NCBI GenBank assembly: GCA_018819065.1
Contig: JAHJQL010000075.1
Location: 625-64,624 of the forward strand
DNA length: 64,000 nucleotides
From: Nanobdellota archaeon
Lineage (GTDB): Archaea; Nanobdellota; Nanobdellia; Woesearchaeales; GCA-2686295
Direction: 5' to 3'
Notes under the pieces: model-generated
What the model was told of the DNA's origin: nothing
Database searches by the model: none
The model's input: only the letters and a program-made list of their open reading frames with translations
Program-made: the position numbers and the translations under genes
Shown here: positions 1 to 8,052 of the stretch, piece after piece
How positions within the stretch are numbered: the first letter of the stretch is position 1
How the letters are laid out: the number at the start of each line of letters is the position of its first letter

Positions 1-1
1 T

Positions 2-2158
2 AACGAGCTGTATAAGACTAAGTGTAAGAAGTGTAAAAATGATGCGATAATTCTCGCTACTATCTGGGATAGAAAAAAGTCAGAATCTCTTGAAATAAGA
101 TATTATTGTGGGAATTGTAAAGCAAGAAATGCAAAAAAACCGGGAGATGAACACTTAAAATTGCTGAAGAAAATTGAAAAAATGAATATTCCTTATTGGT
201 ATCCAACACAAAGATTAGCTTACAATGGAGAAGATTTTAAAGAAGGAACACATTTAACTGATGCGGATTCTGTTGATAAATTGTTTACTAAAAGGAATTT
301 AATTTCACTTTCTATACTCATAAATCACATTGAAAAAGTTAAGGACCAAAAAACTAAAGAGATATTTCAATTTGCTTTTACATCAATGTCCCATTTAGCA
401 AGTAGAATGTGCCCTGTTGCTAAACCCGGAGGAAAAGGGCATTGGAGTAAATTCAGTGCAACATCATTTTGGTCGCAACATAGATATTATCTACCAATTA
501 TCTCGATGGAGTCCAATGTATGGATGCTTTTCAGAAGTGCTGTTGAAAACAAACAGGGGATTATTGAGGGGAAAACAGATTCAAATAACCAGATAAAATA
601 CTATAAAGAAGCTAAAAAATTTGATGATTTAAATGATGGAGCAAACATCTTCCTTAAAACACATAATGCTCTTGAATTAACTCAAATAATTCCAAAAGAC
701 TCTGTTGATTATGTATTTACTGATCCACCTTATGGTGGTGCAGTTCAATATTTTGAATTAAGCACCTTATGGGCTTCTTGGCTAAAGTTAGATTTAAACT
801 ATAAAGATGAAGTAACAATAAACAAACAACAAAATAAAGATTTTGAGTATTATCACAAAATGCTTACTGCCGCATTTAAACAAGTCTATGATGTTCTAAA
901 AAAAGGTAAATATATGACTGTAACTTTCCACAGCACAGATATTAAGGTTTGGACTTCCATTATTAAAGCAATAGTTCTTGCAGGTTTTGATTTAGAGAAA
1001 ATAGTCTATCAGCCTCCTGCAAGACCATCCGCAAAAGGATTATTGCAACCTTATGGCTCTGCTGTTGGAGATTATTATATGAGATTCAGAAAGCCAGAAG
1101 CTGATAGAAAATTAACCGAAGGGCAAGTTAGTGAAGAAAGATACGAAAGAGTAGTAGTTGAAGCCGCAAAAAGAATTCTGGCTGAAAGAGGAGAACCTAC
1201 TATTTACCAATTTATACTTAATGGAATTATTGTTGAACTAAAACAAGAAGGAGCTTTATTAAGTGGAAAAAAGAACCCTGATGAAGTAATGAAAGAACAT
1301 CTTAAAGATGAATTTACCCTCATAAATGTAAAAGATGAAAAGGGAAAATCAATCGGAAAAAAATGGTGGTTTAAAGATCCCAAATCAATTCCTTATTTGG
1401 ACTTAGTGCCATTAGGAGATAGAGTTGAAACTGCTATTGTTGATGTTCTGCGTAGCAAAGTCAAAGTATCTTTTGATGATATTTTACAAGAGATATTTAT
1501 TAAATTTCCAAATGCCCTAACACCAGATACCCAAGATGTAAGAGATATATTAAAAGAATACGCCGACACTACCCCAGATGGCAAATGGGTTTTAAAACCA
1601 ATTGTTAAGGTAAGAGAAAGCGAGCATAGTAAAATGGTTTATTTCTTAGGAATTTTAGGGCAAAAAGCAGGGTTTGATGTATGGATTGGTATTAGAGAAC
1701 AAGGGGATATTTATAATAAAGTGAAATTGTCTTCATTAATAAACAATAAGAAATTAACTTTTAGGTTTATACCTGTAACTAATCTAGACCGAGTTAAGCA
1801 GATTGATGTTATATGGCTTGATGAAGGTAGGATTAAGTATGAATTTGAAGTAGAAAATACAACTGCAATTACAGAAGCCATAGTTAGAGGTTCAAATATA
1901 CCTCATAATACTATTAAAAGACTGATAATAATTCCAAAAGAAAGGGAAAAATTGCTTTATAGGAAATTAGAAGAACCTATTCTAAAAGAAAGTCTTATTA
2001 GAGATAGTTGGCAATTTATTTTCTACAATGACCTAGAAAAATTCTATAATAACAATAATCGTAAAAAAGAAATTTCAACTGAAATTTTTGATAAAATATT
2101 TAGAATGCCTAAGAATGACCCAGAACATACACAAAATTCATTAAATGTATACTTATAA
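2..2158 (+). CDS. DNA (N6-adenine/N4-cytosine) methyltransferase with N-terminal Zn-ribbon and a C-terminal nuclease-like module; 5' end lies outside the window
   Basis: The frame is open from nt 2, so the ORF continues upstream of the TTG listed in the track. There are two CxxC pairs (KCKKCKN, YCGNCK) and amino-MTase motif IV FTDPPYGG. The C-terminal ~150 aa carries IDVIWLDEG...YEFEVEN, a D...ExE pattern typical of PD-(D/E)XK-like domains. Confidence 0.8.
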   Translation, partial: NELYKTKCKKCKNDAIILATIWDRKKSESLEIRYYCGNCKARNAKKPGDEHLKLLKKIEKMNIPYWYPTQRLAYNGEDFKEGTHLTDADSVDKLFTKRNLISLSILINHIEKVKDQKTKEIFQFAFTSMSHLASRMCPVAKPGGKGHWSKFSATSFWSQHRYYLPIISMESNVWMLFRSAVENKQGIIEGKTDSNNQIKYYKEAKKFDDLNDGANIFLKTHNALELTQIIPKDSVDYVFTDPPYGGAVQYFELSTLWASWLKLDLNYKDEVTINKQQNKDFEYYHKMLTAAFKQVYDVLKKGKYMTVTFHSTDIKVWTSIIKAIVLAGFDLEKIVYQPPARPSAKGLLQPYGSAVGDYYMRFRKPEADRKLTEGQVSEERYERVVVEAAKRILAERGEPTIYQFILNGIIVELKQEGALLSGKKNPDEVMKEHLKDEFTLINVKDEKGKSIGKKWWFKDPKSIPYLDLVPLGDRVETAIVDVLRSKVKVSFDDILQEIFIKFPNALTPDTQDVRDILKEYADTTPDGKWVLKPIVKVRESEHSKMVYFLGILGQKAGFDVWIGIREQGDIYNKVKLSSLINNKKLTFRFIPVTNLDRVKQIDVIWLDEGRIKYEFEVENTTAITEAIVRGSNIPHNTIKRLIIIPKEREKLLYRKLEEPILKESLIRDSWQFIFYNDLEKFYNNNNRKKEISTEIFDKIFRMPKNDPEHTQNSLNVYL

Positions 2159-2159
2159 T

Positions 2160-2467
2160 TTTAACGCCCACCCTAACGAACAAAACTACTAAAACGAAAT
2201 GTCCCCCTTGATACTTGTTCTGGATGTATCGCTTCGCTTATTTGATTGAACACGAGCCACTAAAAATTACTTTGCGGACGCAAGTTTCCAGAACTCCACT
2301 TCGCTACGCACCCCGCTGCGCTCTCACTCCATTTCGTTCTGTTCAGGTCACTTAACACGTATTATATTCAATCGTCGTGTAGATTAATTAAAAGGGGGTT
2401 GCCGCCTTAGTCTCTTCGAGACAGATAGGAAAAACTTCGTTTTTCAAATTTATTAAAGTATGGCTCC
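2160..2467 (+). repeat. GC-rich structured intergenic element, copy R1 (family R1/R2/R3)
   Basis: GC-rich island in an AT-rich genome between convergent gene ends. It shares the exact 20-mer attatattcaatcgtcgtgt (2361-2380) with 7414-7433, followed by an AT-rich spacer, gggggttgccgcc, hairpin gtctc-ttc-gagac (2410-2422) and hairpin gaaaaac-ttc-gtttttc. Confidence 0.55.
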
Positions 2468-2875
2468 TTACTTTTCCTCAATAAACATGTCTTGTGGCAT
2501 ATAAGCAGCTTGAATCATATACTCGTCAGGATCTCTGATAAATAGAGATTCACTTCCATCTCTGTGTTTTTTTCTCTCATAATGGATATTTTTTCCGTTT
2601 AATTGTTCAATCAAATACTCCAAATCAGCAGGATTATCAGTTGTAAAACCAAAGTGATCAACTCCTTCTCTTGAACCACTGTGGGCACTTCTTTTAAGCC
2701 CAATAGATGTTCCATTTAGACCTAACATCATGATATTTTCTCCCACACTCCTTCTCTCCACATACAATCCTAACACGCTGAATAATCCTTCATAAAATTC
2801 TGCTGACTTTTCTGGGTTTTTCACACATAATGCTATGTGATTTAATCTATAACTCATTTTAATCTCCTCCGACAA
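2468..2875 (-). CDS. VOC/glyoxalase-bleomycin resistance family protein
   Basis: 135-aa ORF. LNHIALCVKNPEKSAEFY and GVDHFGF resemble the paired beta-alpha-beta-beta-beta metal-binding modules of glyoxalase I-type proteins. It overlaps the upstream radical SAM gene by 17 nt, suggesting an operon. Confidence 0.7.
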   Translation of the reverse strand: MSEEIKMSYRLNHIALCVKNPEKSAEFYEGLFSVLGLYVERRSVGENIMMLGLNGTSIGLKRSAHSGSREGVDHFGFTTDNPADLEYLIEQLNGKNIHYERKKHRDGSESLFIRDPDEYMIQAAYMPQDMFIEEK

Positions 2876-4478
2876 CCAATGGTTTGTTTTCAGAAAACTT
2901 GATTCCTGAAACTCTATAAAATTCCCTTGTATCTATTTCATCTTTTCTTAATTTCTGATAAGCATTTCTAACTTCACCAATTCTTCTTTGAATTCTAGCA
3001 TCTGCAATCAGTCTTAAACTAGCTCCGTCATTAATTCCTTCTATTAGCGGCTCTTCGTAAGTATGCACTTCATTTACACTTCCATCTGGATTTAATTTTG
3101 GGATAAAATAAGTTACTCTGCTTCTTTCTCTGTCAATATCTTTTTCTGCTACAAAATTAGGTTTAGGATAAACATAAGAATTTCCTTGTTCGTGCAGGAT
3201 ATTATATGCTTGCCATCTTGCCATATCTGATGTATCAAAATGCCCATCTAAAAAAGTGATTGCCTCACTAACCCTTTCAATAGGAACTGTCAATTCTGGA
3301 TAAGAGGGAGAGTGCATATTTACAATTGCTTTATACGGAATTACTCCTATTTCATAAGCAGCTTCACTAATAGCTCTCATTTTCTCAGCTGATTTTTGAG
3401 GATCATCTCTGTAAAAATTAATCCCTTCTTGAAGAGGCATTTGTAAATGAATACTAACTCCTGCTTCTTGTAGTCTTTCAGTTGCAATTCTTGCTTCGGG
3501 AGTTAATAACTGGTGTTCATCTGTTACATGGCAATTAAAATACAATTGCTTTTTTGCTTTTCCATTTCTGCCATTATTTTTTCTTCTAAAATCAGATAAT
3601 CTGCTAACTAAATCATCATTTATCTTATAGAACAATCCCTGATACACGGCAGAAGTACAAATTCTAACAGCTTTCAAATGCTCTGCTTTTCCCAGATGAT
3701 CAAGTATTTTTCCCATTGTGTCCGGAGAATACATCAATGGCTCTCCACCACTAATAATAACAGTATTGACTTCTGGATGTTGATTTAACCAATCTGTCAA
3801 TAATCTTGTTTGTTCTACTGCTCTTTGTTCTTGTAGATTTAATTCTTTTTTTAATTCTGCATATTTTGGATCAATATCTGCCAATGCAGACATTCCTAAT
3901 CTTGTCAATACACCTTTATAACATTCAGCACAACCAACAGGACAAAATTCTGTTATATTCTCAAGAACAGCATAATCAAACTTTCTTGAACCAAGATATT
4001 TGCTACCTTCTCTAGTAATTGCTCTGATTTGGTCTTGGCCTCTAAAAATTCCATATGGATCGAGACTATGTTTTTCTTTACCAGAATATAATTTTGGTAA
4101 ACTTGGAACATATTTCTTCATTGTAGAGCCGCCAAATAATACATTAAGAGGAAGAATACTCATCTCTCTTCCAGTTTCCAAAGATGCGCTGACACTTTCA
4201 ACATCTACTTCTTCATTTAATGAAGTCAAAGATTTCAAATCAGTTACTCTAAAAGCCATATGAAAAGCAGGAGTTTGCCATAAATCATTCCTATCAACAC
4301 CTAAAAAAGAAGCTGTTCTAGATACTAACTCATCTAAAGTCTCTCCTTTATCTTCGGGAACTTCAGCAGTTTCAAATCCATTTTTCTGAAGATAATAATT
4401 TCTAGCATAGCTATAAAAATCTCTTATTCCAATTTCCAATGCTTCTTGTTTAATTTTATCCAATCTCATTTTAACCAC
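2859..4478 (-). CDS. Radical SAM protein, KamA (lysine 2,3-aminomutase)-like
   Basis: 539-aa ORF with CxxxCxxC cluster CPVGCAEC and ISGGEPLM downstream, as in KamA-family aminomutases. Confidence 0.7.
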   Translation of the reverse strand: MVKMRLDKIKQEALEIGIRDFYSYARNYYLQKNGFETAEVPEDKGETLDELVSRTASFLGVDRNDLWQTPAFHMAFRVTDLKSLTSLNEEVDVESVSASLETGREMSILPLNVLFGGSTMKKYVPSLPKLYSGKEKHSLDPYGIFRGQDQIRAITREGSKYLGSRKFDYAVLENITEFCPVGCAECYKGVLTRLGMSALADIDPKYAELKKELNLQEQRAVEQTRLLTDWLNQHPEVNTVIISGGEPLMYSPDTMGKILDHLGKAEHLKAVRICTSAVYQGLFYKINDDLVSRLSDFRRKNNGRNGKAKKQLYFNCHVTDEHQLLTPEARIATERLQEAGVSIHLQMPLQEGINFYRDDPQKSAEKMRAISEAAYEIGVIPYKAIVNMHSPSYPELTVPIERVSEAITFLDGHFDTSDMARWQAYNILHEQGNSYVYPKPNFVAEKDIDRERSRVTYFIPKLNPDGSVNEVHTYEEPLIEGINDGASLRLIADARIQRRIGEVRNAYQKLRKDEIDTREFYRVSGIKFSENKPLVVGGD

Positions 4479-4577
4479 TTAATAGTAATATCACATAGAA
4501 GTATATAAATAGTTGTAGTCTTAATTAAGATGACACAATAGAAAGATTTAAATAAGGCCTTTCATATAATTAATATA

Positions 4578-5315
4578 ATGGCAGAAATTGACATTTTAGA
4601 GGATTTAGGACTTTCAGAAGCAGAAGCTAAAGTATATTTAGCTCTATTAGAAACAGGCTCTACTTTGGCAGGCCCCATAATAAAGAAAACAGGCCTACAT
4701 AGAGGTACAACTTACCAAATATTACAGAGATTGATTGAGAAAGGATTAGTCAGTTATGTAATAAAAGCAGGAAAAAGATATTTTGAAGCAACTGATCCAA
4801 ATAGGTTTTTGGCAATTTTAAAAGAGAAAGAACAAAAAATACAAGAAATCTTACCTTCCTTAATTCAGAAAAGAGAACTTGGAAAAGAAAAACAAGAAGT
4901 TAATGTATATTCTGGATACAAAGGAATTAAAACTGTATGTGAAAATATGCTTGAAGAACTAAAGGAAAGGGGAGAATATCTTGATTTTGGAGTTTCAGGA
5001 TTATTCAGAGATGTGATGGGACCATATTGGGATTTATGGCAAACAAAAAAGAAAAAATACAAGATAAAAGCTAAATGTATCTTTGATGAAATCTTAAAAG
5101 AAAAAAATCCCAATCTTTTAAAAGATTATTTTGGAGAAGCAAAATTTCATTCTAGTGAATTTAAGAGTTTAACAGACACAATAATATACAACGATAAAGT
5201 TGTTTTATTTATTTGGACAGCAAAACCCCCTATTGCTGTTATAATTCAAAATAAAGAAAATGCAGAGTCTTATAGAAATCAATTTAATTTAATGTGGAAA
5301 CATTCTAAGAAATAA
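4578..5315 (+). CDS. TrmB-family transcriptional regulator
   Basis: N-terminal wHTH LGLSEAEAKVYLALLETGSTLAGPIIKKTGLHRGTTYQILQRLIEKGLVSY is typical of archaeal TrmB. Confidence 0.8.
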   Translation: MAEIDILEDLGLSEAEAKVYLALLETGSTLAGPIIKKTGLHRGTTYQILQRLIEKGLVSYVIKAGKRYFEATDPNRFLAILKEKEQKIQEILPSLIQKRELGKEKQEVNVYSGYKGIKTVCENMLEELKERGEYLDFGVSGLFRDVMGPYWDLWQTKKKKYKIKAKCIFDEILKEKNPNLLKDYFGEAKFHSSEFKSLTDTIIYNDKVVLFIWTAKPPIAVIIQNKENAESYRNQFNLMWKHSKK

Positions 5316-5480
5316 CGGAGCCCCACTAATCTTCTTTTTTAGGAAAAAAGAAGCAAAAAAGGCGGCGGCAACCCAAATAAAATATAGACACGACGACTTT
5401 GAGTTTTCCCTTCGGGACATTGCACTAAAATCTCATCCCTTCGGGGAATATAACAGCGGAAGCCGTCCCGTAATTATTTT
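5316..5480 (-). repeat. GC-rich structured intergenic element, copy R2 (core inverted relative to R1/R3)
   Basis: The reverse complement of 5361-5399 reads gtcgtcgtgt-ctatattttattt-gggttgccgccgcc, matching the R1/R3 core. A 10-bp-stem hairpin cttctttttt-agg-aaaaaagaag lies at 5331-5353. The adjacent module 5410-5470 (cccttcggg, ttgcactaaaatc, cccttcgggg, ataaca) matches 7360-7410 in R3. Confidence 0.55.
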
Positions 5481-5655
5481 TATTGATTGCATATTAAATT
5501 AACAATTCATAAAAAAAAGCATTATATTCTTTTTAGCAGCCATTAGCTGCTTTTAATCTCCAAATTATGTAGAAAGTTTATATTGATTAAAATTATCTTT
5601 AAAGACTTGAACCAGTTTTGAGATTTCCTCTTTTGCTTGCTCTTTGTCAAACATT

Positions 5656-6936
5656 TTATTTTCTCTCCTTATTGAGCACGTAATAAGCCCCCCTATAAGA
5701 GCCAACTTTTTTGACATATTTGAATTTCAACAACTCGTTAATATCTGCGATTGAAGTCCCAAAAGAAGTATTGTTGAGTTCCATATACTTTTTAGTTTTA
5801 ATGGATTTATGTTTTTTCAGAAATTCAATGACTTTCTTTTGTCGCTCGTTTAAATCAGCATAGTCTTCTATTGGTTTCTGTTTTCCTTTTTGATTGTATA
5901 GCACAATACGGAAAAAATGTTCATATATCCCAAATTCTGGATCTCTTAAACCTTGTTCGCGCATAGAATTAATCATTCTTGGAACTCCAGAGCCAAGACC
6001 TTCTACATAACCATAATCACGTAATAATCGGTAAATGATGGGATTTCTTCGTACCGATAATGTCCCAAACAATTCTCGTGGCAACCCTATCGGTAAAGAG
6101 CCAGGACTTGTTAATTCAATCCGATTGCTAAAAAGATAAATCTGGATAGAATCTTTACTAAAATAATCCCTATGAGCAACTGCATTGACAATGGCTTCAC
6201 GCACAACATCAATGGGATACTCGTGTTTTTCTTCTCTTTTGGCTTTATCAGTTATTTCTATGCTTTTGGAGAGGTTCTTTTTCACAAAAGAAAGCGATTT
6301 TTCTATTGAACTTACAGGGTCATCTTGAATCATCTGATGAGAGATGATTTTTACAGGCTCTGTACCATCAAATTGTGCAAGTTTAATCTCAACTTGTGGG
6401 AAAAATTCGGCTGGCTCTTTTCCAAAGAATAGGAGAGTTGCATTTTTAATCTTTAAACTTCCATTTTTAGAGGCAAGTTTTGAACTAATGAGAAAATTCT
6501 CTACTGAATTATGTTTCAAGAAATCTTCATGACCGCGAACTTTCAGATACTCTTTTATTTTTTCAATTTCAATATCTTTAATTGTGGCATCGCTAGCAAT
6601 TTCATCAAAACAGAGAATTTGTTTACTTCTCAAGAAATCTACTAACTGATTACCCTCTATCTTCTTGAGGGTGCTTCCAACCTTCACATAAACTACACCT
6701 TGAAATGTGTGGAATGTATTGTCAATGGCTTTCTGAACAATAACTGCAATAATCTTTTTTGCATCAATAGTATAAACCTGAATTTGTGGAATAAGTGGCG
6801 GTGAAATTGTTTGTGCGACAGCTGAAATTTTCTGCTGTACTTTATCAACGTCCTCTTTAATTCCAACAATATTCTTTTTTGCATCAACGCCAACAATAAC
6901 CATGCCCCCGTAAGTATTAGCAAACCCGCACATCAA
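5656..6936 (-). CDS. AlbA_2 (Schlafen-like) / HATPase_c_4 putative DNA-binding regulator (RecG-like annotation class)
   Basis: 426-aa ORF. It has FANTYGGMVIVGVD (AlbA_2 core), REAIVNAVAHRDY (ATPase-like domain) and a C-terminal wHTH. The frame stays open 33 more codons upstream (to 7035) and encodes LEVIESGETQEVELKQSF, the usual AlbA_2 N-terminus, but with no ATG/GTG/TTG. Confidence 0.75.
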   Translation of the reverse strand: MMCGFANTYGGMVIVGVDAKKNIVGIKEDVDKVQQKISAVAQTISPPLIPQIQVYTIDAKKIIAVIVQKAIDNTFHTFQGVVYVKVGSTLKKIEGNQLVDFLRSKQILCFDEIASDATIKDIEIEKIKEYLKVRGHEDFLKHNSVENFLISSKLASKNGSLKIKNATLLFFGKEPAEFFPQVEIKLAQFDGTEPVKIISHQMIQDDPVSSIEKSLSFVKKNLSKSIEITDKAKREEKHEYPIDVVREAIVNAVAHRDYFSKDSIQIYLFSNRIELTSPGSLPIGLPRELFGTLSVRRNPIIYRLLRDYGYVEGLGSGVPRMINSMREQGLRDPEFGIYEHFFRIVLYNQKGKQKPIEDYADLNERQKKVIEFLKKHKSIKTKKYMELNNTSFGTSIADINELLKFKYVKKVGSYRGAYYVLNKERK

Positions 6937-7060
6937 CTTTGAGAATTCTTGTGAACTGTGGAAAGATTGCTTTAGCTCAACTTCTTGTGTTTCTCCGCTT
7001 TCAATTACTTCTAAAGTCTGGTCTTTGTCTATTTTCTATCAGTTACTTTTGATAATTAAT

Positions 7061-7169
7061 TGATACTAAATTGATAGTAATATATAAAACTTTCTACTCC
7101 TAAAAAGAACCATTGATGAGGATACTATCAAAATAATCTGATACTAAATGATACTAAATGATAATAATT
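7061..7169. promoter_or_regulatory. Decamer repeat cluster GATACTAAAT (tandem x3 at 7140-7169, further copies at 7061-7081 and 7121-7130)
   Basis: tgatactaaat / tgatagtaat at 7061-7081, ggatactatc at 7120-7129, and gatactaaat-gatactaaat-gataataatt in tandem at 7140-7169. The cluster lies directly upstream of the AlbA_2 gene on the minus strand. Confidence 0.45.
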
Positions 7170-7179
7170 AATAGTGTTT

Positions 7180-7521
7180 TCTCCCCCCTTTCTTCTTGTT
7201 TTCAAAGTAACGCTAATGCTCAAAAGATAAAACGAAACTCCCCCTGACGTATTAACAAAAAGAGCCTTCAGCTTTGATGAAACGAACTCCCCCTCGTCCT
7301 TCGGACATATAGTCTGCTTCGCAGAATTTATAGAAACGGAAATTTTACTTTGATTTTTTGCCTTCGGAATCGTTGCACTAAAAATCAATCCCTATCGGGA
7401 GAGCATAACATCGATTATATTCAATCGTCGTGTGGAATTATATTAGGGAGTTGCCACCTTAGTCCCTCTGGGACAGCTAGTCTTCGGCTTTGCCTCAGAA
7501 ATTTTATAGATAGAGCTTTGG
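7180..7521 (+). repeat. GC-rich structured intergenic element, copy R3
   Basis: It contains two acgaa(a)ctccccct motifs (7232-7246, 7282-7295), UUCG/UAUC tetraloop hairpins, ttgcactaaaaatc, the 20-mer attatattcaatcgtcgtgt (7414-7433), gggagttgccacc, and hairpin gtccc-tct-gggac (7462-7474) that covaries with R1. Confidence 0.55.
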
Positions 7522-8001
7522 CTAGACATCTATCCCGTGTTGTTTAAACCACTCACGCGTTGAAGGTTGAATACCCTTTGTATTTCCTTCTGCAAACATT
7601 TGAGCTTTTATTTTATACCCGAATGACGAGAAATATTCTTCTAATACTCTATTTGGTAAACTTCTAAAATCCATGCTTCGACCAGAAACACCAATGGAAT
7701 CTCTTTCATCATTAACGCTAATATCCCCTCCACCGAGAATAAGACCTTCTACCTTACATTTTCCACATACCTGACCATGAGTATAGGCATTACCCAATGC
7801 CCATACCTGAATGGTATTTTCAAGTGCAGATAATACAAATTTTCCTGTGTGTTTAGTACTCCATTCATCTTGCTGAGTTAGAAAATAATCTACTCCTTTA
7901 TAGTCTTGTCCAAAATTCCTTATTACAGGTGTAGCGTAATTAAGTGCCATAGTTTTTGTTATTACTATAAAGTTTATAAACCTTCCGAGAAATATAACCA
8001 A
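7522..8001 (-). CDS. Hypothetical protein (likely start at ATG 7950)
   Basis: 159-aa ORF starting at TTG. An internal ATG gives MALNYATPVIRNF. No motif recognised. It lies co-directionally downstream of the ADP-ribosylglycohydrolase gene. Confidence 0.5.
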   Translation of the reverse strand: MVIFLGRFINFIVITKTMALNYATPVIRNFGQDYKGVDYFLTQQDEWSTKHTGKFVLSALENTIQVWALGNAYTHGQVCGKCKVEGLILGGGDISVNDERDSIGVSGRSMDFRSLPNRVLEEYFSSFGYKIKAQMFAEGNTKGIQPSTREWFKQHGIDV

Positions 8002-8052
8002 AGCCCCTTGATTCTTGTTCTTGATTTCTCACTTTGTTCGTTTGCCCCATCT

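Noticed and set aside
2392-5375. GGGTTGCCGCC (R1, plus strand) is complementary to GGCGGCAACCC (R2, plus strand), reminiscent of the GC-rich pairing leaders of Nanoarchaeum split-tRNA halves
   Set aside because: Neither flank contains recognisable tRNA half sequences (no D-arm before R1, no anticodon 3' strand or T-arm after R2). The complementarity is simply the same core in opposite orientation.
7221-7345. Possible degenerate CRISPR array or C/D-box sRNA in R3 (repeated aaacgaa-ctccccc units about 50 nt apart; TGATGA at 7274-7279; CTGA at 7244-7247)
   Set aside because: There are only two good repeat units of about 18 nt with unequal spacing, and no cas genes. The box order (D-like before C-like) and spacing do not fit the C - guide - D' - C' - guide - D architecture, and no terminal stem or second CUGA is in the right position.
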